DNA of 64,000 nucleotides from a virus: the IMG/VR virus record IMGVR_UViG_3300045988_159685. One strand, written 5' to 3'. Positions 45,575 through 55,302 of the stretch are shown in pieces. Position 1 is the first letter of the stretch, and each line of letters opens with the position of its first letter. The notes under the pieces are model-generated. The model ran no database searches. It was not told where the DNA came from and saw only the letters and a list, made by a program, of their open reading frames with translations. Both the position numbers and the translations under genes were made by a program.

Positions 45575-45653
45575 TAGATTTACACCGATACTCAAAAAAA
45601 TAAAGTCTATTCCAAGTGATATTAAGGATAATCTTTCTGGGTTAAAATCACAA

Positions 45654-48600
45654 TTGTCGCTGTTTACCACAGAAGAAGCTGAACAGCAATTGAACGATTT
45701 TATTGATAAAGTCAAAGTTGGCGGCATGAGTGTCAAAGATTATTTCAATAATCCCGTCAATAGTGGAAAAACAATTTTAAAGGGTTATGTGCGTGAAGTA
45801 GATGAAGCCTCTATGAGTGTAGAAGGTTTCACTCGTTACGGAAAAGAACTGACGAGTCAATTTGATAAAATGAATACCAAGGGTGGCATTGCCTCACTCA
45901 TTTTTAAAGACATAGGTTCTATGGCTCTCAAAGCCTTACCAACATTAATCGTTACTGGTATTGGGGTTGCCATTGATTATTTTGTCAATAAAGCCGAACG
46001 AGCAAAAGAAAAAGCCGATGAACTTAGTGAAGAATTAAATAATTCATTAAGTAGCTACAATGACAGTTTGTCACAGGTATCTGGGTATGAAAAGGAATTT
46101 AACAAGCTTGCTAAAGGTGTTGATAACTTTGGAAATAATCTTTCATTGACCAATGACGAATATGACCGTTACAAAGACCTGTCAAACGACATCGCAAAAA
46201 TCAATCCTAGTTTAATAAAAGGATACGACGACGAAGGCAATGCTATCATAAACAAAAATAACGCCATAAGAGATACTATCAGCTTATTAAAAGAACAGCG
46301 AAAATTAGATATACTAAAAATGTTATCAGAAGATAACATAGAGGCTGTATCTGACGGATTAGATGCTAAGATTTCTGATACAAGAAAAGAAATGAACAGT
46401 CTGGCAACAAGATTTATTAAATATCCAGATAACATAAAAAGTGCAATTGAGAATTTCGACACAATAGCTGATGGTTTAGGTGACAATTTTTCTAACGAAT
46501 ATAGTGAGATATTAGGAGCCTTTGACAATTACAACAAAGTCGGCGACAAATATAAATTTAAAACCTACTATGAAAATCAAGATGAAGTTCATAACCTTGT
46601 ACAAAAACTACTTAGCTACAAAACTGATAATGAAAGCTTGTCAAAATCACTTGAACAGTATCAAAAAGAGTTGTCAGATTCTTACGACCAATTGCAAAAA
46701 GCATTAAACAACACAGATAATGTCAACCTCTACAAGCAAATTGACAGTGAAATGCAAAGTTATACAAAAACGTATGATACATATTTGCAGGCATATCTTA
46801 CTACTTTGGACGGATATGATGAACTTACAAGTGGCGAGCAGAACATTCTTTCCTCGTTAGTGTCAAACTTTGAATTAGATGTAGAAAGTAATACCAAAGA
46901 CTTTGACGAGCAATATGCCGACGAAGTGCAAAAGATCAATTCATTCTATGCTAATTTGAAAAATGGAGTAGATAATCATGGCGTACCGCTTTCTGTTTCT
47001 TTGGATATACTAACAAATTTGGATACAACACAAACCGTTTCAGAATATGAAAAGCAAATGGAAACTGCACTAAAAAATATTGCTAATTCCGACTTTGCAA
47101 AAAACCAAGGTCTTTCAATCGACGATATCAAAGTCATGCTTGGTTTCTCATTTGAGACAAACGATAACGAGATAGAGGATGGGCTTACAAACAAGATTGA
47201 GAATATTGCCACTCGTGTTGTGAATCGGATACCGTCGTTGGCTGGCAACCAAAATGGTCAAGCAATTATTGAAGGCTTGCTTAAAAATCTTACCCCAGAT
47301 AACATTGACACTTTAATGGATACCAGCCTTGACAAAATAAATTCATGGCAAGATGTTCTCGATCTCTTAAATGCAAAAACCACATTTAGCCTTGCTGACT
47401 ACTCCGAGGATGTTGACAACGTTCAAAGCAAAATTGCCGCACTTGCTTCTGCGTATAAGGAAATTCAAGACGGCACTTTTGAAGTTGGTAGTAGTGGATG
47501 GGAACTCGTTAAAAGTTATGGGGAATTTCTTCCATACCTTGACGACACAAATGGCGGCTTTGAAGAACTCGGTAAGAAAATCAAAGAAGCAATGGGTATT
47601 GCTCCAAACGACCTGATTAAGCAACTTTCTCAACTTAAAGGTTTGAGTGACGCCGATCAAAAATCTGTAAATAATCTTATCAAAGTCCTCTATAAAATGA
47701 AAGATGTTAGCCTTTCAAATCTTACTTCAGACGGATTACTGACCGCCGAGAAGAATCAAGTACAAGCAATAATTGATAAGATAAATGATAAGAAAGACAA
47801 AGAACAGGAATACCTCGATACGCTTCAAGAAGAGGAAGATACTTTAAATGATATCATTGACAAATATCAGACCGCTGGTGATACTGCTATTGATTATATT
47901 GAAAAAGAAATCAGTAGTCTTGAGGATTCTCGTGACGATGTAGAGTCATATTACGACGACCTTATTGATAAACTCAAAGAGGAAAATGACGAACGTGATA
48001 GAGCCATTGAGTTGCAGGAAAAGCAAGACGCTGTAGCTAATGCAAAAAAGAAAAAGGTTGCTATCTATAGCGAAGCAAGTAGCTGGCATTTAGAAACCAA
48101 CTCCGACGAGGTTGAAAAGGCACAACAGGAACTTGATTCACTACAAAACGAAATAGCTATTGACAATCTTGAAAAAGAGAAAGAGGCTGCTATGCAACCT
48201 TATACCGATCAAATTGAGGCATTTGAAAAGTATAAGCAAGCATGGAGCGATGCTATGAGTGCCTATACAAACAACCAGAATGAAATGATTGCGCAACAAA
48301 TTTTAGGTATAGATTGGCAGGGTAAACTTCACAATCAGGATATCGGTATTCTTAACAAATATCAAACTGATTATAGCGGTTATCAAACTAAACTCAAAGA
48401 TAATGTTCAAAAAGAGAAAGAGATTATTCAAAACCGCATTGACCAATATGCAAAAGAAGCAGATGAGTGGGAGAAGTATCTCAAACAATTTGATACATTC
48501 GTTTCCGATTTATCTGACCAAGACGTTAAATACTTTGAAGAACTTAAACTCAAAACACTTAATGAAAAGAGTACATACCAAGAGCGACTTGATGCTTTGC

Positions 48601-49232
48601 GTGAATTTAAAGCCGATTATATTCAGCTATCAGATGACCTGGCACAATATGAGGGCACCTCTATAAAGAAAGCTTTGTCTGGTAGCGGCGTATATGCTGT
48701 CGAAAAAGATAACGCAATTCTTGGTGCATACACCACCAAAAAGGAAGCCGACAAAGCCATGTATAAGTTTGCGGGGCAAATGATAAGTGAAAAGGTTTCA
48801 ATGCTCGGTGGCTTGAGTAATATCAGTGTAACCAAGCTTGCGGAACTACAAAAGGAGATACGCTCAAAATTCAAGGTAAAGCAGTATGCGACGGGTGGAG
48901 TTAATAGCTACACGGGAACGGCTATGCTACACGGAACACCATATAAGTCTGAGGTAATCTTTAATTCTTCAGACGCCAAGAAACTCTATGACATTGTACA
49001 CAATACTCGCAATGTTGCAAGCGTTGTTGGTAAGACTATAGGTGACAATCTTGTAAGTGGTACGCAGGCGGCTGGATCAATGTTCACAACAAATGATACC
49101 ACTAATGGTGATACCACAATTACATTTAGAATTGGCGAAATTCATACTACCGACGGCACAACATTCTTACAGCAAATGAATGACTATTTGAAGCAAGCAG
49201 ACCGTGACCGCATGATAGGTAGAAACAGATAA
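45654..49232 (+). CDS. tape-measure-like protein, part 2 (hydrophobic N-region, long coiled-coil, TMP-type C-terminus)
   Basis: 1192-aa ORF ending in KQYATGGVNSYTGTAMLHGTPYKSEVIFNS, which resembles TMP C-terminal blocks. No RBS at the 5' end. The frame is open from 45498, the first canonical start is TTG 45654 and the first ATG is 45726. Confidence 0.6.
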   Translation: MSLFTTEEAEQQLNDFIDKVKVGGMSVKDYFNNPVNSGKTILKGYVREVDEASMSVEGFTRYGKELTSQFDKMNTKGGIASLIFKDIGSMALKALPTLIVTGIGVAIDYFVNKAERAKEKADELSEELNNSLSSYNDSLSQVSGYEKEFNKLAKGVDNFGNNLSLTNDEYDRYKDLSNDIAKINPSLIKGYDDEGNAIINKNNAIRDTISLLKEQRKLDILKMLSEDNIEAVSDGLDAKISDTRKEMNSLATRFIKYPDNIKSAIENFDTIADGLGDNFSNEYSEILGAFDNYNKVGDKYKFKTYYENQDEVHNLVQKLLSYKTDNESLSKSLEQYQKELSDSYDQLQKALNNTDNVNLYKQIDSEMQSYTKTYDTYLQAYLTTLDGYDELTSGEQNILSSLVSNFELDVESNTKDFDEQYADEVQKINSFYANLKNGVDNHGVPLSVSLDILTNLDTTQTVSEYEKQMETALKNIANSDFAKNQGLSIDDIKVMLGFSFETNDNEIEDGLTNKIENIATRVVNRIPSLAGNQNGQAIIEGLLKNLTPDNIDTLMDTSLDKINSWQDVLDLLNAKTTFSLADYSEDVDNVQSKIAALASAYKEIQDGTFEVGSSGWELVKSYGEFLPYLDDTNGGFEELGKKIKEAMGIAPNDLIKQLSQLKGLSDADQKSVNNLIKVLYKMKDVSLSNLTSDGLLTAEKNQVQAIIDKINDKKDKEQEYLDTLQEEEDTLNDIIDKYQTAGDTAIDYIEKEISSLEDSRDDVESYYDDLIDKLKEENDERDRAIELQEKQDAVANAKKKKVAIYSEASSWHLETNSDEVEKAQQELDSLQNEIAIDNLEKEKEAAMQPYTDQIEAFEKYKQAWSDAMSAYTNNQNEMIAQQILGIDWQGKLHNQDIGILNKYQTDYSGYQTKLKDNVQKEKEIIQNRIDQYAKEADEWEKYLKQFDTFVSDLSDQDVKYFEELKLKTLNEKSTYQERLDALREFKADYIQLSDDLAQYEGTSIKKALSGSGVYAVEKDNAILGAYTTKKEADKAMYKFAGQMISEKVSMLGGLSNISVTKLAELQKEIRSKFKVKQYATGGVNSYTGTAMLHGTPYKSEVIFNSSDAKKLYDIVHNTRNVASVVGKTIGDNLVSGTQAAGSMFTTNDTTNGDTTITFRIGEIHTTDGTTFLQQMNDYLKQADRDRMIGRNR

Positions 49233-49240
49233 TACAAAAC

Positions 49241-49269
49241 GAGCCGTCAGACCTTGGCGGCTCTTATTT
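49241..49269 (+). terminator. terminator-like hairpin
   Basis: GAGCCGTCA-GACCT-TGGCGGCTC followed by TTATTTATT. Confidence 0.5.
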
Positions 49270-49291
49270 ATTATAAAGGGTGGTGAAATGA

Positions 49292-51232
49292 ATGATAATG
49301 ACACCTACACTGGTTTTTCCAGATGACGAGGTCGTAAAAATAGATAAACACAAGGGCGAGGGCGGTGAATATGACCGTGCGCCACGTTTTAGCTACCAGT
49401 TTAATTGCACGGCGGGTTCTGCAATGCGTTGGGCGTTGTGTACCTATACAAACATAAGAACTGGGGAACAGAACTATTCTTATTTTCCTAAAGGCGGCGA
49501 TATCAATACATTTTACAATGGTGATAAAGTTGATGTAAATGAGTTGGTTTTTAATGACATAGCAAAGAATGGTCACGATTATATGTATCAGTATACGCTG
49601 TTTCAAACAGACCCAACGACTATTGCCGACGACACACAGTATGGTGACGGTGTTGGATTGTATGATATGTACTTCTGCCGTGGTAAAATCCAATCTTCGG
49701 GTACTACATCAAGTTTTATGATTAACAAGGAAATTGCAAATCTCAAGAGCGCGTACTATTATGAGCGTTCCGACGGCTCAGTGTATTTAGTCGGCGGCGC
49801 CTATATCGAGATTGGAGAAGAAAGACGACTGATAGAAACCTACGATTATAAAACTGGTAACGTAAGATTAAAGTCTGGTTTTACAACAGCCCCCGCAAGA
49901 GGAACTGTGTTTAGGATTTTTACAAATTACTTTATGGATAAGCCGCATTATGTTAAATGCCGTGAAGATCCACAGTGCGATTTTACTGTATCAATCTCTT
50001 CTAAAACAGCAAATCCAATTGAGTGTAAGACAAGTTATATACATCCAAACCATGTCGGGCTAAAGTATTACAAGTATTACCTTTATCAACTTATGGGAAC
50101 GACTGGCGCTATTCATGACGGCAAAATTCTTGAAACGTCGACATACAACTATGTAACTATCGAGCCAGGTATTGCTGATAAAATAGAGGGTAAATATATA
50201 ATGATTGAAAGCTCGCCCTCGGAAAACATGGGGCATGTTTACAATGGAACAAGCGCATTAATCGTATCATACGATATTGATACAGGTGTGGCTAGTCTTA
50301 ATTATTCGGCTCGTGATTTGATAAAAGGTTCACGATATACTATTTACAATGGCAATGAACGACTTATCGACGAGAGCGACGAGATATATGATTTTGAACT
50401 CAAATACTCATTTTATGCAAATTGCTTTGGAAGTTCTTTTAGGGCTGTAAGTGAAATCATGACTCTCGATGATAAAATGTACAGATATACTCAACAGAAA
50501 GACTTCCCTGCTGAAAGTATAGACGGGATCGTTTCAGAATTTGATTTTAAAATCTTTGATAATCACACAGCTATGCTGACGTGGAAAACTTCAAAATCAC
50601 TCGGAGTGGCAAAAATCTTTAGACAAAATGTCAACGATGACGAATATGTTTTCATTGGAACTGCTACTGGCAATTCATTTTTTGATGTAACAGTGGGCAA
50701 TCAGCAATCATATATTTATTATATTTGTTATGCAAACTATGAGGCATATATTACGCCAGAGGTGTCTACTGATTGGATTGGATGGTCGATTTACTCGCTA
50801 AAGACCGCTGGTGATTGTTATAATAAAAAGCTCTATTCAATTAATGAAACTTGGCATTTTATTGCGGGCATTAACAACAATGATATAATATCAAATATTG
50901 GACTTACTGTTCATACGGGCACGGGCGTAAAACCTAAGACTACACGAACTGTAACAAACTATGAAAGCGGCGAATTTACGGCAAATCACTTAACATTGGC
51001 ATGCCCCGAGGACGAAATAGTTGATACAATTGATAGCGTTAAATCTTGGACAAAATTCATTACAGGTAAAAATGATTTCATGCTAAAGTCCGATAAGGGT
51101 GATGTATGGATTGTGAATATTTCAGACAATCCGTCGAGATCGTATGATGAAAGCTCGGTGTATGACTTAACTACAATTAAATATAATTGGGTTGAAGTTG
51201 AAGATATAAATGACGTTATAATAACAAGATAA
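49292..51232 (+). CDS. putative distal tail protein (Dit-like, extended)
   Basis: 646 aa immediately after the TMP region. RBS GGGTGGTG. Assigned on synteny only. Confidence 0.4.
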   Translation: MIMTPTLVFPDDEVVKIDKHKGEGGEYDRAPRFSYQFNCTAGSAMRWALCTYTNIRTGEQNYSYFPKGGDINTFYNGDKVDVNELVFNDIAKNGHDYMYQYTLFQTDPTTIADDTQYGDGVGLYDMYFCRGKIQSSGTTSSFMINKEIANLKSAYYYERSDGSVYLVGGAYIEIGEERRLIETYDYKTGNVRLKSGFTTAPARGTVFRIFTNYFMDKPHYVKCREDPQCDFTVSISSKTANPIECKTSYIHPNHVGLKYYKYYLYQLMGTTGAIHDGKILETSTYNYVTIEPGIADKIEGKYIMIESSPSENMGHVYNGTSALIVSYDIDTGVASLNYSARDLIKGSRYTIYNGNERLIDESDEIYDFELKYSFYANCFGSSFRAVSEIMTLDDKMYRYTQQKDFPAESIDGIVSEFDFKIFDNHTAMLTWKTSKSLGVAKIFRQNVNDDEYVFIGTATGNSFFDVTVGNQQSYIYYICYANYEAYITPEVSTDWIGWSIYSLKTAGDCYNKKLYSINETWHFIAGINNNDIISNIGLTVHTGTGVKPKTTRTVTNYESGEFTANHLTLACPEDEIVDTIDSVKSWTKFITGKNDFMLKSDKGDVWIVNISDNPSRSYDESSVYDLTTIKYNWVEVEDINDVIITR

Positions 51233-51245
51233 GGAGGTTGATACG

Positions 51246-54200
51246 ATGGATTACTATAATAAAATAGATGAAGCGTATTTGACCGAATTACAGAATCCAA
51301 TGCGTAAATTAAAATTCAAGGTAGAAATTCTATCACACTATGAGGGTGCGATTGGACAAATTACAAACGACCTTTCCTCTGCCGAGGTTGGTTCAATATC
51401 AATTAATAAGGAGCAAGGCTGTCGCAGGTCTTGCTCTTTTACTATCATAGACCGCGATGAGAAGTATTTACCCCAGGTAGACAGTTGGTTTTGGTACAAT
51501 AGAAAGTTTAAACTTTTTATAGGCGTAGTTGTTTCAAATGATATATATTGGTTTCCACAAGGCGTATTCATTACAAAATCGGCAACAGCGCATGGCAAAG
51601 CATTAGCAATCGAAGGTATTGATAAATATGGTTTTCTAAATGGCGAATTAAATGCAAGAATGTGTTTAGTAGAATATCAAGCTAGTGTTACAAATTCTAA
51701 AAAAGGAACAAAAATTGCCGACCTTATTCGAGATACTTTGATGTTAGATTTAGGCAATAACATTCCGCTTGACCCCGTTGAACCTTTAATTGATCCAATC
51801 TTTTATGATGCAGAATTATATGACGATATCGTGGTTGACGAGGGCGGGTACCTTGGTGAAATATTCGATAAGTTAGCCGAAATGTATGGTGCTAATATCT
51901 ATTACGATGTCAACGGCAGGCTTAGAATGGAAAGGGTATTTAACTATAATCTTCCCTCTTGGTATAGGCATCTATCGCCACAAAGTAATCTGGGTGAAGT
52001 CGATATAGCTGAAACCGACATTGATGTTCAATATAATTATGACGGTGTAAACATTGTGACAGTTACTACGGATAACACTAACGGCGAGATATATTCCTAT
52101 ACAGCAAAAAATGAAAACCCACAGTCCCCAGTTTGTATAACCTCGGTAGGATATAAGGGATTGGACGGCGGTACTTATTATATAAGTCTTGGCGATACAA
52201 CGCTGGATAGTGGTGAAGAAAAATGTAGAATGCAAGCGGAGTATATACTGTTACAGAATACCTGTATGGGAACTTCGGTAAGTTTTAATTATCCAAGTCT
52301 CCCCCACCTTGACGTTGACAACACAATTGAACTTACAAACGAATATTACAAATTTAAAAAGCAACTTTTTCTTATTCAATCATTAACCATTCCTCTTAGC
52401 AATGGAGAGATGACTATTGAAGCCACTAATCTGCAATGGTTACCATTTGATACGGACTGTATTTCGATTTACTGTGAAACTTTAAGCGATACAGTGGCAA
52501 TATCTTATAACACGAATGGTGGCAAGGACAAAGATGGCAATACTATCACTTATAAAAGTATTAACCAAGCTCCTAATAAACAAATCGTTTTACAAGGTGG
52601 GGATATGTATAACGAGAATAAATTGTTCGCATGGACGGATAGTCAAGGCAATAAATACAATTATGGCGACGTGTATACTATACCAAATAACAACACAACA
52701 TTGACAGCTCAATGGATAGCAGGAAATGAAGTTACAGTTACCAATACATTGCCGACAGATAGTACGGTAGAATTTCAATCTATGTCACCGTCACGTTGTT
52801 TAATACGTTATGACGACAATGAAGTAGTTAGGCGTAATACAAACGCAATTTCAACATTTAAAAAGAATTATTCTTTGGGTACGCACGATACAACCATCGT
52901 GTCTGAGAGTGATGATTTAACCAACTTTGATAATGCTTTTGATAAAGGAACAACTACAAAGATAGATTGTTCCAAAGTAAAAGCTACCTACCTCACTTCA
53001 CCTATGGGAAACGGATTTGAGAATATAACAGACTTTGTTTTCCCTGCTAATCTTGCGAACATTTCGACCAGTGAGGGTGTGTTGTCAGGCTGTAAAAAAC
53101 TTGCCAATATTGCATTTCCTACAGTATATTGTGATATTTCAAGCCCCGAATCGTTTCTTGCTAATAGTACATTCGTCAATGGTTTGGAACTACCTTACAC
53201 CTTGAATTTCGTACCAATGGTTTCAGTTGATGGGCAAACAGGTATCGAAGAAATAAAGCGAAATGAGATACTAAAAGGAAGTCATGTTATTGGAAACTTA
53301 ACTATCAAAGCGGCAACTACGAATAAATGTGTAGTGTATGTAAATAAAGAAACAACAAGTTTAGTCATTTATCCTGCGACAGTGCAGGGAAGATTTTATC
53401 TTATGGGCAAAGGTATTGACGGAGATTTATCTGGACTTCAAAGTATACAAATTGGGCGATCTACTAACATTAACGATACCGATGGTTTCGCAAGTAATAC
53501 ATCGGCAAACATAAATCTGAGTTTGGACTTTCAATCGGGTAATTGTACTACCAAAATACCTAAAAACGCTTTTAATGGCTATAGTGGTAATACGATTAAT
53601 GTTGTAATTTATGGTAATGTGACCGACAGCAATGGTATTACGCTTGAAAGCGGATCGTTCTGCAATATGCCTAATATGACAAAATTACCAATGACAAATA
53701 GTGCGAGCTTAAAAGTTGTACCTGAGAACTGCATGAATAACTTATCTTCTTTAATATCGGCGGCTACAGGTTATGTAGTTGACGTTGAGGGTTGTAATAA
53801 TATGTCCAACCTGACAACTTTAAGAATTGAAAGTTCTTGTGAGAAGGTAAATGGGTTTAATAATTGCCCAAAGCTTAAAAGTTTGTCATTTATGAGTGAC
53901 GGAAAGGTAACTGAGATAGGTGGACTTAATGGTAATGCGATAACAACGTTTTATATTCCTAATACTGCCATCTCTGTGTCCGGTGTAAATAATTGTCCGT
54001 CACTGACAACCGTTTCTATAGGTAAGTCATTGGAGAGTTTTACAGGCTTTAATAATTGTCCTCTGTTAAACACCTTTAATGTTAATAGTGCCAATACTCA
54101 TTTTCGGGTAGTCAATAATTGTTTATATCAAGATAATAAGTTTTGCCGTGCTCCTGCATCCTCGTGGTACGGCAGTAATGTTGTTGTGGCAAATGGAACT

Positions 54201-54578
54201 ACAGAAATAATGAGCAACGCATTTCAACAGAGTTCTATGACAAGTATTTCGTTTCCCGAAAGTTTGTTTACGATTAATCAAAATGCCATTAAGAGCACAA
54301 GTATAGATCAAGTTATTTTTCATAGCGAATATGATGAAAGTTTAGGAAAATATACCGATACGTCTATAAATGATTTAAGTGCATTTGACAATGTAACTGT
54401 TGGTATAATGTTTGGTTATGGCAACGGAATAACAGATGTAACAGATAGTAGGTGTTTACCTATTGTTAAATATTGCATAGAGCATAATATCAAATTTGTT
54501 GATATGAACGAAACAAATACTAACGCTCGTGGAGCTATTGGAATAAGCGGTAATGCAGAATTGGACGGTGATAATTAA
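51246..54578 (+). CDS. putative tail-associated protein (Tal-like N-terminus) with C-terminal BspA-type leucine-rich repeats
   Basis: 1110 aa. The C-terminal ~550 aa contain repeated F..C..L..I.(F/I)P..(V/L)..I units (e.g. GCKKLANIAFPTVY, IMSNAFQQSSMTSISFPESLFTINQNAI, NNCPKLKSLSF, NNCPSLTTVSI, NNCPLLNTFNV). Confidence 0.5.
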   Translation: MDYYNKIDEAYLTELQNPMRKLKFKVEILSHYEGAIGQITNDLSSAEVGSISINKEQGCRRSCSFTIIDRDEKYLPQVDSWFWYNRKFKLFIGVVVSNDIYWFPQGVFITKSATAHGKALAIEGIDKYGFLNGELNARMCLVEYQASVTNSKKGTKIADLIRDTLMLDLGNNIPLDPVEPLIDPIFYDAELYDDIVVDEGGYLGEIFDKLAEMYGANIYYDVNGRLRMERVFNYNLPSWYRHLSPQSNLGEVDIAETDIDVQYNYDGVNIVTVTTDNTNGEIYSYTAKNENPQSPVCITSVGYKGLDGGTYYISLGDTTLDSGEEKCRMQAEYILLQNTCMGTSVSFNYPSLPHLDVDNTIELTNEYYKFKKQLFLIQSLTIPLSNGEMTIEATNLQWLPFDTDCISIYCETLSDTVAISYNTNGGKDKDGNTITYKSINQAPNKQIVLQGGDMYNENKLFAWTDSQGNKYNYGDVYTIPNNNTTLTAQWIAGNEVTVTNTLPTDSTVEFQSMSPSRCLIRYDDNEVVRRNTNAISTFKKNYSLGTHDTTIVSESDDLTNFDNAFDKGTTTKIDCSKVKATYLTSPMGNGFENITDFVFPANLANISTSEGVLSGCKKLANIAFPTVYCDISSPESFLANSTFVNGLELPYTLNFVPMVSVDGQTGIEEIKRNEILKGSHVIGNLTIKAATTNKCVVYVNKETTSLVIYPATVQGRFYLMGKGIDGDLSGLQSIQIGRSTNINDTDGFASNTSANINLSLDFQSGNCTTKIPKNAFNGYSGNTINVVIYGNVTDSNGITLESGSFCNMPNMTKLPMTNSASLKVVPENCMNNLSSLISAATGYVVDVEGCNNMSNLTTLRIESSCEKVNGFNNCPKLKSLSFMSDGKVTEIGGLNGNAITTFYIPNTAISVSGVNNCPSLTTVSIGKSLESFTGFNNCPLLNTFNVNSANTHFRVVNNCLYQDNKFCRAPASSWYGSNVVVANGTTEIMSNAFQQSSMTSISFPESLFTINQNAIKSTSIDQVIFHSEYDESLGKYTDTSINDLSAFDNVTVGIMFGYGNGITDVTDSRCLPIVKYCIEHNIKFVDMNETNTNARGAIGISGNAELDGDN

Positions 54579-55288
54579 TGATAAATACTTATACTTGTGC
54601 GCCAAATCAAACTTCATCAGAAACCGTGTTTTCAGACCTTAAAACATTTTTTGAAGACAAATGGACATGGAGTAAAATTGAAACAAATTATCCTGATAGT
54701 GAGTCCACCGATTATAACACTTTGACATTTTGGATTGATGATACAACGTACTTTAGAATAATGTTTGACCCTGCAAAGTCGCGCTACTGGGTTGGATGTG
54801 GTGAATATGACTCTACTAAAACGTCGCCATATGCTGATTATGTCAGCTTCGCCTATAACAAGTTTGATAGTGTCATGTTGTATACTACAAGTCGGGGAAT
54901 GTTGATTTTGTTTAAAAGTGGAGATAATGACTATGTATTAGGTGGGGCTATTGCAAAAATGAGAAAACTATCTGACAATACAGAAATTACAGGTTTCTTT
55001 ACCCCTACTTCAAATTCAGGACATCAAGGAAGTAAAATGGCAAGCTTATATAATATGTTTAGTCAAAGTTTGCACAATGGCGGTACGAACCTTGTACCAC
55101 AAGTTGATTTTAATATACCATTGAATAGCACAGTTGAGGGGCAATACGCTGCTAAAACTGACGGAATATTCTATGTTTATATGGGACAAGACAGTGTGTT
55201 TCCTGCTGACGGAACTGTTGTAAAATTCACAATGAATGGCGTTAATTATGTGGGTAACTGCAAAATGGTTTTAGCTGATTATTCGTAA
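54578..55288 (+). CDS. hypothetical tail-tip protein; distant paralog of 61192-61881
   Basis: ATGA-type coupling with the upstream gene. TLTFWIDDTTYFRIMFDPAKSRYWVGCG versus ATFQLWVTDELFLRGQFADTNRNWGWCD. Confidence 0.5.
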   Translation: MINTYTCAPNQTSSETVFSDLKTFFEDKWTWSKIETNYPDSESTDYNTLTFWIDDTTYFRIMFDPAKSRYWVGCGEYDSTKTSPYADYVSFAYNKFDSVMLYTTSRGMLILFKSGDNDYVLGGAIAKMRKLSDNTEITGFFTPTSNSGHQGSKMASLYNMFSQSLHNGGTNLVPQVDFNIPLNSTVEGQYAAKTDGIFYVYMGQDSVFPADGTVVKFTMNGVNYVGNCKMVLADYS

Positions 55289-55302
55289 AGGCGGTGTACA
55301 GA

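Noticed and set aside
43085-45653. Group I/II intron or intein interrupting the tape-measure gene
   Set aside because: The insert carries its own promoters, a bidirectional terminator and four ordinary ORFs on both strands. No homing endonuclease, RT or maturase is present, and I recognised no intron-core structures. The flanking ORFs are in different frames. A moron or insertion is the better explanation.
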